DNA of 64,000 nucleotides from Carcharhinus longimanus (Eukaryota), in contig JASCQW010000001.1 of NCBI GenBank assembly GCA_030264375.1, forward strand, positions 109,996,445 through 110,060,444, read 5' to 3'. Each line of letters opens with the position of its first letter. The stretch's first letter is position 1. The notes below the pieces were generated by a model, which had not been told where the DNA came from, ran no database searches, and was given only the letters and a program-made list of their open reading frames with translations. The position numbers and the translations under genes were made by a program. Positions 12,195 to 24,744 of this stretch are shown one piece after another.

Positions 12195-12506
12195 ATAGAA
12201 TTATTGAATCCTTAAAGTGCAGCAGGGGGCCATTCGCCCATTGAGTCTGCACCGAGAACGATTGCATCCAGATCTTATCTCGGTAACTCCGCATACTTAC
12301 CCTGCCAGTCCCCTAACACTAAGTGGCAATTTATTATGGCCAGTGAATCCGCATACCTTTGGAGTATAGGAGGAAACAAGAGCACCTGAAGGAAACCCAC
12401 ACAGACAGACATATGTGCAAACTCCACACAGACAGTCACCCAAGGCCAGAATTGAACCTTGGGCTCCTGGGGCTGTGAGGCAGCAGTTCTAACCACTGTG
12501 ACACTG
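12195..12506 (-). mobile_element. HE1-type V-SINE
   Basis: Reverse complement of HE1 (aaactccacacagacagtcacccaaggcc...ctgtgaggcagcagttctaaccactgtg). Confidence 0.85.
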
Positions 12507-13289
12507 TGTGTGCAATAACATTCTATGAAAGAAAGAATGCGATTCGCTCCCACACCCATTCTCAAAAAAGTTAATAGTAAATACTGTCACCATAATGTTG
12601 TGGGGATGTGGGGTGTGTAGAGAAGGTGCAATGTACATGCCACTCGGCTACTGTTTTGTGGCCAGTTCAGAGCATTAGTGCTGGACATCCGAAAGAAAGT
12701 CATCTGAGGTGCAGGTGAGCTGTAGTCCAGGAAAACAGAAGGTGGAATTGGAAAGGTGGAACTTTCAGTCAATATTGTCACAAAAAACCTTCACTGATAA
12801 GTTTTAAAAAAAGTCACTTCTAAGCAATTTAAAATGGTTGCTTAATAAAGAATTAAGATCTTGCACCTTGCATTTCATTTTATTTATTACCAATAATGGG
12901 TATGATTCTCTGCTCCCACTCCCACCTCTCTCGTCTATGGCCTCCTTCTTGACAGTGGGAGGTGGTCCGCCATTGGCCGGTGGTGGGATCTTCTGGTCCC
13001 ACTACTGTTGATGGAATTTCCCATTGAACACACTCCCTGCCGTTGGGAAACCTGCAGCAGGAGTGTGTGCTGTCAGTGGGACGAGAAGATCTCTTCCCAA
13101 TATATTTAAAAAATTGAATTTGTCATTTAACATTTGAGACAGGTCCATTTATGTGAGCCTTGATATTAATAGAAAGATGTGGATGGACCGGTCTGGTGGT
13201 GAGGGGCGGGGATTGTGGCTGCCATTTTATGATTGGAAAACTTGGTAGAATTTTTCTCAAGTCTGCTGAGTTTAACGATGGGAGCTGAT

Positions 13290-13556
13290 TAGTAAATTTG
13301 GAATCTGTTTCCCTCCCTATCGTACCTTAGTGCCTTCAGTTGCTTCAGCCTTAAGTTCTGGAAATCTTTATCTAAATTTGTCTGCATCTCAACCTTTCCT
13401 CTCTTAAAACAGTCCTTAAAGTTAACCTCTCTGACTAGGCTTTTGCACCTGCCCTAATATCGCCTCGTGTGGCTCAGTGTTAAATTGTGCTTGACAAAAA
13501 AGAAACATCTTGGCATATTTTACTTCATTCAGGATGCTCTGTAAATGCAGATGTTA
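13290..13556 (+). mobile_element. L2 LINE 3' end
   Basis: gccttcagttgcttcagccttaagttctggaa...cctgccctaatatcgcctcgtgtggctcagtgt...gatgctctgtaaatgcag; related reverse copy at 33173-33352. Confidence 0.6.
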
Positions 13557-13974
13557 CCATGAGTCATACAGATTGCTGCAGTTTGTTTTCTTTGAAGCAA
13601 CTAAAGAATGACATTTTCACTTTGACCAACGTTGCCCTTCTCCCTGCACAGTTTCATTAGACTAATAATTAGTTAGTAGGGGGCCACAATCGCGCGAAGT
13701 ATGTCTTCGCTTTGCAGTGCCGATAAATACAGTCCGCTCACAGATGTCATGTGCTACCCTTGGGCTAGATCACATTAGTCGATGTAATTGCCTGGCTATT
13801 TCATTTAAGTCCTTGTCACTTTTAAATTGTTTCACAGATGAAATAAATCTGCAATCAATCCAGTTATTGCCCACAGACAAATGCTACTCTTAAAGTTTCA
13901 ATTTGATGAGACAGAGCTAAAATACTCTTAATATGTTAACCATTCACTGCCTGGTTCCTAGGTCACTGTTGCAT

Positions 13975-15060
13975 GAATCATAGCATTGTAATTACACCAC
14001 TTGACTTAGTAACCCGGATGCCTGGACTAATACTCAGAGACATGACTTAAAGTTACACCAAGGCAACTGGGGAATTTAATTCAATTAAATTAATCAGGAT
14101 TAAATATCTAGTATCAATGATGGTGATCATGAAACTATTGGATTGCCAAAATTTAATTCATTAATGCCATTTCAGGGAGAAAACCTTCACATTTAAATGG
14201 CTTCTAAGTGGTCAAGGATACAGTCAATTGTGTCAAACATCTATGACAAGTTACAATAAATGTAAAGCTGGGTGGGCAGCCTGGCCTCAATCTAGGCATC
14301 TGATTCAAACATGACAAAGGCACACGCAACATATTTGACTCAGCAAAGTCCTTTTCACTATCATCTGGGGACTTCTGTCAAAATAGGGAGAGATGTCCCA
14401 CATATTGGTCCAGCAACAACCTCACATAGTCACAATTACTATACCATTCATATCAGCATCTGAGACCATCACCATCCTTGGGCATGTTCTGATCCACCAG
14501 CGAACAGAACCACCAGAGGTGTTGGCACAATGGTATACGGTAGGCATGGAGTTATAATAGCCAGAGGTGCCAAGTGGAGGATGCATCTTGGCCTCCTCCA
14601 GAGAAGCCTACAATCAGAGATGCCAAAATTGAGACACTTTGGGTGGGATTTTCCAGTTCTTACTACCAGTGGGATTTTCCAGTCCCGCCAAAGGTAGTGC
14701 GCCTCGCGAGCAACACCAATAGCCGTCGACTTCACCGGGACTGGAAGGTCCCACTGGCAGCCACCACTGCCGGATAATCTGCCCAAGGTGACTGGAAAGC
14801 CCCGGCCTTTGATTCCCTCCTTGTGATACCAAGAAACAGCTGAATATATTAGATACAAAAAAGATTCCAGCAACATTCTGGTTGCAATGATAGAGATTTC
14901 CTGAACTAGCCACATCTCCTGCCAAGTTTTCTTGCCCAGCTGCAGCACAAGGTAGCTCCTTGAAAAAGTGAAAGGTTACCCAGGTTCACAAAAAGCAGAA
15001 AACAAATCAGCCTGGCTAATGGCTCATCAGCTTACTCTCAATGGAAAGCGAAATGCTGGA
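13975..15060 (+). mobile_element. Old CR1-like element with SINE-like (LF-SINE-related) 5' region, interrupted by a MITE at 14641-14808
   Basis: 5' part resembles 56615-56945 and reverse 45490-45950. Downstream motifs (aacatctggggact-like, cagcaacaacctcacatagtca, ctcctgccaag...cccagctg...aggttacccaggttcacaaaaagcag) parallel 54240-55005. Confidence 0.5.
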
Positions 15061-15070
15061 TCATGTCTTT

Positions 15071-15390
15071 GAATCCATAGAATCCCTACAGTACAGAAGG
15101 AGGCCATTTGGCCATTGAGTCTGTACCGACCACAATCTCACCTAGGCCCTATTCCTGTAATCCCACACGTTTACCTGCTAATTCCCCTGACACTATGGTC
15201 AATTTATCACGGCCAATCAACCTAATCCATACATCTCTGGACTGTGGGAGGAATCCACAGCACTCAGAGGAAACCCATACAGATGCAGGGATAATATGCA
15301 AATTCCACGCAGACAGTGACCCAAGCTTGAAATTGAATATGGGTCCCTGGCACTGTGAGACAGGAGTGCTAACCACTCTGCCACCATTCC
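15071..15390 (-). mobile_element. HE1-type V-SINE
   Basis: Reverse HE1 from catagaatccctacagtacagaaggaggccatt to gtgctaaccactctgccacc. Confidence 0.88.
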
Positions 15391-15864
15391 ACCCATCAGC
15401 GACAGTGCTATCAGGTGGTATCTATTCAGCAATAAACTGATCACCAGGCTGGATTCCACCAGGATTGTTTATACAAACATAAGAAATAAAAGTTGGGTTA
15501 GACATATTCAACCATTCAATAAGATTGTGACTGATCTACCTCAACTCCACCTTTTTGTATTATACCATTTCTCTCAATTTCCTTAGTACCCAAAATGCTA
15601 CCAACCTCTCTCCTGAATCTAATTAATGACTGAGCATCCGTAACTTTCCAATTTAGAAAGATTCACAATGTTTTGAGTGAAATAATTTCCCAGCAATTAA
15701 AAGGGGGCCACAACTCAGCTATAGACTGAGTTACAGGTGAAGGATATTTGAATGTTTCCAGCAGAAAATAGCAAGGCTGCTGTCTTAGCATCTGCCTTGC
15801 CATTGAGTGTGGACTTGAATGTCTCCGATTGCCATGAGTTGCAATCTCAGTTGGTATTGCAACT

Positions 15865-17604
15865 GGACAGGAAGTTCCCAGAATGAAACCCTGCCTTCGT
15901 AACTCCAAATTAGTTTTGATAACAAGAAAAAAAAATAAACATGAAAAATTATACAAATATTATACAATACTCCTTTACTCCCTCCTTTTAGCTTTACAAA
16001 TAGTTAATTAGTTAAGAAGCCCACCAATGCCTCTACTTTCTCAGGAGGCTAAGGAAACTTGGCATGGCATGTCCACAATGACTTTCACCAACTTTTACAT
16101 ATGCACCATAAAAAGCATTCTTTCTGGTTGTATCACAACTTGGTATGGCTCCTGCTCTGTCCAAGACTGCAAGGAACTACAAAGGGTCATGAACAAAGCC
16201 CAGTCCAACACATAAATCAGCCTCCCATCCATTGACTCTGTCTACAGGTCCTGACATCTTGGAAAAGCAACCAGTATAATCAAGGACCCCCCACACCCCA
16301 GATATTTCCACCTGCTTCCATTGGGAAAAAGATACAAAAGTCTGAGGTCATGTACCAACCAACTCAAGAACAGCATTTTTCCTGCTGTCATCTGAATTTT
16401 GAATGGACGTGCATTATATTAAGTTGATCTTTCTCTACCCTAGCTATGACTGTAACACTATGTACTGCACTCTCTCCTTTCTTTCTCTATGAACCGTATG
16501 CTTTGTCCATATAGCGGACAAGAAACAATTCTTCTCACTGTATACCAATACATAAGACAATAATAAATCAAATCAAATGAATGCATTTTTAAGAATACCA
16601 TGGATTACAATGTATATACTAAGCTACAATGGTCTCCATAACACAAAGTCTCTTTAATCACAGAGATTGGTTGTAATCAAATATACACACTCGACTCTGA
16701 GCCTAAATTAATGGCTGTGAATTTCTCTTTAGAATCCCCCTAAGGATTGTTACATAAGAGTTTCCAAATTCCACTCTCTGAGGAAGCATGCTTTAAAATC
16801 TTCTTTCCACAAATGCTTCCCCTTAGCAGTTTACATTTTGAAATCCAGTCCAAGTTTTCCAAATGACCTTCTTAAACAAAGATTCCACTTTACTTTTAAC
16901 TGTGAATCCATTATCCAGGATTTACACCACCTCCTTTAGAATTGATTTGACTTTACTTCTGTACAACTATACACAATTCTCAGTTTCCAGACTATTGAAC
17001 TGGCATCAATTATTGATTTACCCCTGAAATTTGCTTTCCCATTTTAAATATGGTAAATGCAATTGTCTCTTTAACTCAGAACACTTCTTCAATTCTTCCA
17101 AACAATACCTTTGTATCTGTTCTCTTAACTTTAGTTGCCTACAGACATTCCTTCTGCCCCAATTCCCTGGTTATATGGATTGTATCAGATTCCTTGGGAA
17201 GGCTGCCTCTTTGCATCTCCCATCCTTTCCAGTCTTCTGGAAAAATTGAGAAATGTTCACTCCTTGATATCTTATCCCCAACTAGCAACAAATTCAGCTA
17301 ACCTAAGAATAAAAAAACTTCCTATCTTAGAAGGGCATTTAGTTGCTAAGTAACCACTGCTGGTGCTATTTACTCTTAATGACATAACTTTCTCCAAGCT
17401 CAATAGAATCATAGTTGGAATTGAAACCAACCCCTACATAAATAAACACCTTTGTACAGCATGAATCTAATTATAGTGTTCAGGTTTTACATCACTCTTC
17501 CAGACACAGAATCATCAAATTAAGCCCACTTAAAACTATAACTTACTTCTAATGTTTACCAATACAAATATAAATCCATTAACACTACCTTTGTTTATAT
17601 AACA
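15865..17604. mobile_element. Degenerate LTR-like element interrupted by Rex1
   Basis: AT-rich LTR-like sequence on both sides of the Rex1 piece, ending ctacctttgtttatataaca (CA terminus). Left boundary uncertain. Confidence 0.4.
16014..16579 (+). mobile_element. Rex1/Babar LINE 3' end
   Basis: Encodes KKPTNAS/LYFLRRLRKLGM...TFTNFYICTIKSILSGCITTWYGSCSVQDCKELQRVMNKAQS, the typical Rex1 ORF C-terminus (frameshifted). Tail caataataaatcaaatcaaat. Confidence 0.8.
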
Positions 17605-17974
17605 CATGGGCCTAATGAGGTCTCAGCTTCTCCCCTGATGCTGGTAGCAACTGCAATGCTTCATTAAAGGCCTACACCTTGGGCCTCAGTAGCACTCCCA
17701 CTGGACACACAGTGAGGGTCTCCTGGTCTCCATTTCAGTGAGCTATGCTGTCTTGAACCCCTGATGGTAAAACTTATCACCTTTTTAATTTGGATGGTGA
17801 CTCCAAAGACAGCCTACTAATTGACTGTGTAATTTAAGATTGTGCCATTGGACCATACTAGTAAGATGCAGATTATTGGGTTTCAATTGGACCACTCATC
17901 ATTATTCTAAATTCCAGGTGAGGTTCCACAAAAGTTGTTGATCTGGGTGAGACTCCTTGATTTGCTACCGACTG

Positions 17975-19158
17975 GCTGAGATACCTCCAAATGTTTGCAA
18001 ACCTGGGTGAGGGAGCATGAACTGGCAATTTATTCAAGCCCCCCAGCTGGTAGCAACAAGATTTACTCCAACAAGGTTCCCTTTCTTGCAGTACCTTTTC
18101 TAGACATTATAGTTATGTTTTAAAATGAGCCAATTTAACCAGGCTTCCTTGAGTTCAGATTGAGCAAGCTTATTAACTACTAAAAAGGCAGAGAGCAAAA
18201 TGATAAAACACATACATTTATACAAATTAGAATTGAAAATTGAGTCCAACTATAAGTAAATATAAATAAAAAAAGTATACAGAACAGTCCTTGTATCAAG
18301 AGGAGTAAATGACGGAGATGCAGCTATTACAGTCTGATTCTAATAGAGTTGGCTTTGGTAGGCGGATGGTCAGTTTTGAGGTTCCAATAGAGTTGACCTC
18401 AGCAGGTGAATAGTTGGTTCTTCGATTCCAGTGTTCTGAGTTTGGCAGATAAACCCCCCAGTTCACCTTTCAGTGTGATTCTTTTCCCGTTGGGGCCGAC
18501 TTTCAAAGTCAGAGCATGAAAGATTCAAGTTATACCTCCAACAATGGCTAATGTGCAAGTGCATTGCATGTGTGCTTGCTAGCTTCCTTCTGGGTCAAAA
18601 CTTCCCGCTGCTTATTCTCACGGAACACACTTAAACAGACAATGGAGCAGCTTTTTTTACTGGCTTTAAACCCTTCTTTCTATATTCCAAGTTGATGGCG
18701 AATCCACAATTTCATCTCGGCATTACTCACAGGATTCCTTGAGATACGTAATATTATGACCCTTTGTCTTTATTGGAGATGGTAATTAGCCTCCAATAAA
18801 AGCAAAATATTGCAGATGCTGGAATCTGAAACAAAAACGGAAAATACTGGAAAATCTCAGCAGGTCTGACAGCATCTGTGGCAAAGAATAGAGCCAATGT
18901 TTTTTTTGTGTGTGCGTGTGTGTGTGTACGTGTGCATGCTTAATTAGCCTCCAGATAGTTTTAGAAGTACATTGTCTGGAAAAAGGGGATAATTCCATTG
19001 TCCCTTAGAGAATCACCCTGCCAGACAAGCCAATGATTTGTGCGTACATTTTCAGCCATCTTTGGGTTTTTGGCTATTTTAAAAAATAAAACTCAGGTCT
19101 TTTTGAAGTTCACTCTTTTGTGCATAATTCCATGGTTTCTTTCTCCATTAATGTGACA
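17975..19158. mobile_element. Degenerate LTR-like element
   Basis: LTR-like composition ending ttctccattaatgtgaca; hosts the TSD-flanked insertion at 18796-18940. Confidence 0.35.
18796..18940 (-). mobile_element. Penelope-like fragment plus (TG)n, flanked by a 13-bp target-site duplication
   Basis: taattagcctcca occurs at both 18783-18795 and 18941-18953. Confidence 0.75.
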
Positions 19159-19189
19159 TTAATCAATCTCTCATCATAAGATAATTGCA

Positions 19190-20600
19190 TCATTAGCTGT
19201 CTAGTGAACCTTTATTGCACTACCTCTAGGGCAACTGTGACCTTCCTTAGATAAAGGGAACAAAACTCCACACAATATTCCAGATATGATCTCAGCATTG
19301 CTCTGTATTATTGCAATAAGACTTGACTCTTTCACTCCGGTTCCTTTGCAATACTTGGTGACACAAAATCTGCCTACCTAATTGCTTGATCTGCTTGCTT
19401 GTTAACTTTCTTTGACTCATGTATAAGGACACCCTTCCAATTTCTCAATACTTAAAAAATATTCCACTTTTTAATTTTTTCCCTGCAACCACTTTTCACA
19501 ACATTGTATCCCATCTGTTATGCTCTTGTACATTCGCCAAACCTGCTTATATCTCTCTCAGACTCTGTATTTTCCCCATCATCTATTTTTCCCTTTAGCT
19601 TTGTATCGTCAACACATTTGGATAAGTTACACTCCGTTCCCTCAACAAAGTCATTAATACAGATTGTAAACAGCTGAGACCCAAATACTTACTCTGTGAT
19701 ATTCCAGTAGCTACAGACTTCCAACTTTAAAATATTCCGTTTATTCCAGTTCCCTGTTTTCTGGCTGGTAACCACTCCTCAATCCATTGTAATATTTACC
19801 CTACATCCTATGAGTCCTAATTTTGCGTAAATAGGAAGGACGTGAATGCACTGGAGGGAGTGCAGAGGAGATTTACCAGGTTGCTGCCTGGGAGCATCCT
19901 GTTATGAAGTTATGAAGAGAGGTTGGATAGGTTGGGTTGTTTTCATTGGAGCAGAGAAACTCAGGGGTGACCTGATTAAGGTGTTCAAAATTATGAGGGA
20001 CCTGGACAGGGTGGACAGGGAGCAGCTACTCCCCTTATCTAAAGGGTCAGTCACAAGGGGACACAAGCTAAAAGTGAGGGCTGGAGCTTTAGGGGGGATT
20101 TGATTAACAACTTTTTTACTCAGAGGGTGATGACTGTTTGGAATGCACTGCTTGGGAGTGTGGTAGAGGAGGGATGCCTCACATCCATTAAAAAGTACCT
20201 GGGTGAGTACCTGGCATGCCATAACATTCAGGGCTATGAGCCAAGTGCTGGCAAGTGGGAATAGGTTGGCAGGTTAGAGCATTTCATGTGTTGGTGCAGA
20301 CTTGATGGGCAGTAGTATTCTGTGATTCTGTAATAACCTCATGTGTGGTTCCTTATGGAAGACTTTTAAAGATACAATTACACTACAAGTATTGGTTCAC
20401 CCTTATCCATCCTGTTACTTGTATCTGAAAAAAACACAAAAAGATTTATCAAACACAATTTCCATTTCCTAAATCCTAAATGTTTCCTATTTCCTAAATG
20501 TTAACTCTATTTAATCATATTATGATTTTCTCAGTGTCCTGTTACACATCCCTAATAATAGATTCCAAAATGTTGCCTATTACTGTTATTAAGCTAACAA
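19190..20600 (-). mobile_element. Old CR1 LINE RT region, split by a younger CR1
   Basis: Reverse CR1 motifs (agctttgtatcgtcaacacatttgg; aagtcattaatacagattgtaaacagc; gatttatcaaacacaatttccatttc) flank the 19831-20330 insert. Confidence 0.6.
19831..20330 (+). mobile_element. CR1/HER1 LINE 3' end (nested)
   Basis: Encodes LRGDLIKVFKIMRDLDRVDREQLLPLSKGSVTRGHKLKVR; tail gtattctgtgattctg. Confidence 0.85.
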
Positions 20601-22088
20601 CTGATCTGTGGTCTCACAGGATGCCAAACAAATGGGTCTACAAATTTAGAATCAATATATCTGCAAATTTTGGCATGCGTTATTCCACTGACAAATTTGT
20701 CAATGTTGCGCCAATTTCACACCCTTAAAACAAGCACAACACATCAAGTGTATACTTTAAGGGAGATTTAATATACCAACATATGAAGTGAGGTTTTGAG
20801 GAAAAAAACTGTTGGTCCTTCAAGCTGTTCTGTGTGATCATGATGTAAAATCAATACACAGGCCCGAGCCCCCACCAACTCATTAGATGTATGATATTCT
20901 CAGAGAAGCAATGGAAAACCAATAAACACCCATGGACCAATTTCAGAAAACAAATCCTCTGGGAAATCACTGATCCCTTAAGAACGATCACACAAGGTAC
21001 GGAAGACCTCAGTGACTGATAGGTACAACTCCCATTTTGTACCAACCTTCTATATCAAACAATATTGAGGATTTCATACTTTTTGAATTCTTGCGGGTAA
21101 TCCTTACTCAGGCAACTTGCTCCAGTCATTGTCTGCTTTTTAGTGCACAATTTGCTTTCTGAATCACATGTTTTTTTCAATCATGTGCTATAGGGAGGTG
21201 TTGTGAGGTGGATTGAGATGACCAGTACTATCTTTAACTACAGACAATACAAAACTCATGAGGCAGATATCTCTGTATAAAGACATAACATATATTAAAA
21301 ACAAAAACACAACAAGCAGCTGTTTGGAGATCACAAAAATGGTTAAGTAACTCTAGAATAGAGCGGCAGAATCTCTCTGATGAATCTGATGTGTACAATC
21401 AAAAACAAATCAATTATAGATTTTCTTATTGATTATTCCTGCCTTATATTAGTTTAAAATCCATTACATTCAGTAAACATACATTGATAACAATCTCTGA
21501 CATTCACCTCAGCCAATTGCATTCCATCGTCCCATATGGTACCTCATTCATTCGTTTAATACGGACACTAATTCCCATCTTGGATGAATTCATTTCCCTG
21601 TTACTACGTAACTATTGACACTCATGAGAGAGGTCAAAGTGAATATTCCCACTGGCTCATAGCCAAACTGAACAGACAGGTGATCCTGCATCCAAGTACG
21701 TATCTATTCTATGTCTAAACAATGACTATCCATATTCATAATGTTGCAAGATGTGTTCCTTCACCAGAAACTTACTGATATGAATTCTGCTAACTACCTT
21801 TGGGTTTGAATTCTTCACCTTTACCACCATACCTTGCAGTAACCTACTTTTGACTGAAATGGACAAGGATTCATTCAATACTTAAAATACATTTAAAATA
21901 TCAGCATAAATGTTTTAGAATCATAATTATTGATTTAATTCTCTTACTGCATCCAAATACGTGTGAACTATTTGTTTCTTTAGCTTATTAAATTTGTTTT
22001 AAAAACCATTTGACTCTGCTGATAGTGCTTTCAGTACCTTATGTATTCTGTCTAAAATCTTATTAACTGGTTGATAATTTCCCTCTTC

Positions 22089-22323
22089 AAATCCCTACAG
22101 AAGAGACCAATTAGCCCATCGAGTCTGCACTGACCCTCCAATAGATTATCTTACTCAGGCCCAAACATTTCCCATGGCTAACCCAGATAACCTACACATC
22201 TTTGGGCTGTAGGCGGAAATGGGAGTACTCAGAGGAAATCCAGGCAGACACCGGGAGAATGTGCAAACTCAACACAGTCACCCAAGGCCAGAATTGAACC
22301 TGGTCCTGACATTGTGAGGCAGC
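22089..22323 (-). mobile_element. HE1-type V-SINE, partially deleted
   Basis: Reverse HE1 motifs (gcccatcgagtctgcac; gggagaatgtgcaaactc; cacccaaggccagaattgaacc). Confidence 0.8.
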
Positions 22324-22443
22324 TCCTTCACCTAACATGTTTTTTCTGGGATGATCTCTCATATCTGAGCAAGTGTGTATCATTGTTCATAACACTTTGA
22401 GCTCACAACTATGAAAGCAGCAAGATAGTTCAATGTTAATGTG

Positions 22444-22560
22444 AACATAGAACATAGAACATTACAGCGCAGTACAGGCCCTTTGGCCCTCGATGTTGCT
22501 CTGACCTTGAAGCCAATCTAAAGCCCATCTAACCTACACTCTTCCAATATCATCCATATT
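22444..22560 (-). mobile_element. CR1/HER1 LINE 3' tail running into a gap
   Basis: aacatagaacatagaacattacagcgcagtacaggccctttggccctcgatgttg. Confidence 0.75.
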
Positions 22561-24744
22561 NNNNNNNNNNNNNNNNNNNNNNNNNNNNNNNNNNNNNNNN
22601 NNNNNNNNNNNNNNNNNNNNNNNNNNNNNNNNNNNNNNNNNNNNNNNNNNNNNNNNNNNNGACAATGAATGCCCCATTCATAAAGTTGCAAAATGTGTTC
22701 CCTCACCAGAAACTTTCTGATATGAATTCTGCTAACTACTGAGGTTCCCATGCCTTTGGCTCTGAAATCTTCACTTTTACCATCGTACCTTGAGATAACT
22801 TGCTTTTGGCTGAAATGAACAATGATTCATTCAATATTTAAAATACGTTTAAAATATCAGCATATATGTTATAAAATCATGATTATTTATTTAATTCTCT
22901 TATTGCATTCACATCTGTGTAAACTATTTTTTTCATTAGTTTATGATCTTTGTTTTAAGAATCATTTAACTCTTTGCTAGTAGCGCTGTGAGTGCCTTAT
23001 GTATTGTCTAAAACCTTATTAGGTAGTTGATAACTTCCCCCTTCACGAGGATTTTTAAAAGTGCAAAATTTGCAGTGGACAGATAGTAATGGTTTACCAC
23101 TGTTACTAAAATATATCTGTGCAGCCATCAGTTGGGGGCACTGAACCTATATTTTAGATAGGTCAAACAATAAATAAAACCCCACTATGAGAAAAGGTTA
23201 ATAGAGATATTAGTTCAACTCCAAGATTGAGCTGCAGATAAGATAGAATCTTTTAAATCTTAGGTTGAGTACTGTGCATTTACATTTTTGGATTTTTGAG
23301 TGTTAGGGTTTCCAGCTTCCAATTTATGAACAAGGAAAGGGATTGCTTTTAACCACACTAACCTACCTTGTCCTGACTAGCCACAGATTGAGAAGCAGAT
23401 CGAGGGGCAATGCTCCTCCCATTGGACCAAACATGATTGTAGTCTGTGTGGTCTTCAGTCGAAAATGCTTTTTACTTTGCGATTGGTATTCTATCAGGTA
23501 AAACCCACCAGAAACTAGAACTGTTCACCCCTATTTCACCCTAAGGTTCCTGAATGGCCTGTTTCCCTGCCAGGTGCCATGCCATAAAAGGACAATGGCA
23601 ACCACAGATTTCCACTGGGTTAGCCCATGATTATGCTTGGCAAAGTATTGCAAAGGTTTGCCAATGTCCTTTACTATGCGGCTGATCAGGAAACACACCC
23701 ATTATTGCTTCCTTTCAAAGGTATATCAACCTATTTAGCCATGTTATAATCACATCTTGTGTTGTTAAATTCATCCTGAAATGGGACTTGAACCCAGAGT
23801 TTCTAGTCCAAAGGTAGGGATACCATCACCATGCCACAAGACCTCCGCCCTTTCCAGATTTTCTAATTAAAATATCAATAGATAGCCACAATGTATTTCT
23901 GAGTGACTAGATGCTATTTGCATGCAAAAGAAATTTATGCAAATCACATGTAGAGAACAGAAATGGTTGATTTTTCATGTTTTAGGGAAAATCAGACATT
24001 TCTACAACAAAATCAATCCTGGACGAGTAGTGGGCTTACACATATTACTATCATCTCTGGGACAANNNNNNNNNNNNNNNNNNNNNNNNNNNNNNNNNNN
24101 NNNNNNNNNNNNNNNNNNNNNNNNNNNNNNNNNNNNNNNNNNNNNNNNNNNNNNNNNNNNNNNNNTGGGACAAAGGATCACTGCAGGTCACCTGACTAAA
24201 TGATAGTCTCCTTTTTCTGCTGTGTAAGAGCCTTCTATAAATACACTTCTAATAGTTTCAAACCAATTTGGAATAGTGAGGTTACAATGTAAAGTTCCAC
24301 ATAATCTGCTACAAAATGTCAAATTAGGTTAAGATCAAAAATGACATCTGTATAACAGAAATTAAGCTTTTTTGTCCATGATGTACTTTCGTAATTGGCA
24401 CCTTTCCTTTTGCTACTGTATATGGAGGATTAAAGGCAATTAAAGCTCATTGACAGAAAAAAGGTCCAAACTTATTTTGATAACAATAGCCCTAGAATCT
24501 GACATTGGGCTGGATTTCCAGTGAGTCCCTCACACCAAATCAAGCAGTTAAGTAGTAGAAAAGGGGTAAAATAAATGGTAAGGCTTGCCATTACATTTCT
24601 TACCAGAGCTAGACACCCTCTCATCCCAGTTGCTGGCTTCTCCTTTCCTGTTTGGTGCATGTAACTGCTGCCCTTGGGAATGGATCCCAGGTGGTTGGCA
24701 GATTTACCTGCTGATGACGATTCCCAGTAGACCTGTCCAGTGAA

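Larger units (their letters stand above)
21719..23044. repeat. Diverged direct duplication of ~370 bp (21719-22088 and 22661-23044)
   Basis: Shared blocks include tcaccagaaact..ctgatatgaattctgctaactac and taaaatatcagcata; copy 2 carries a ~14-bp extra segment. Confidence 0.85.

Noticed and set aside
24056-24175. tgggacaa on both sides of the 100-N gap
   Set aside because: Most likely a contig-end overlap indicating a near-zero true gap, not a biological repeat.
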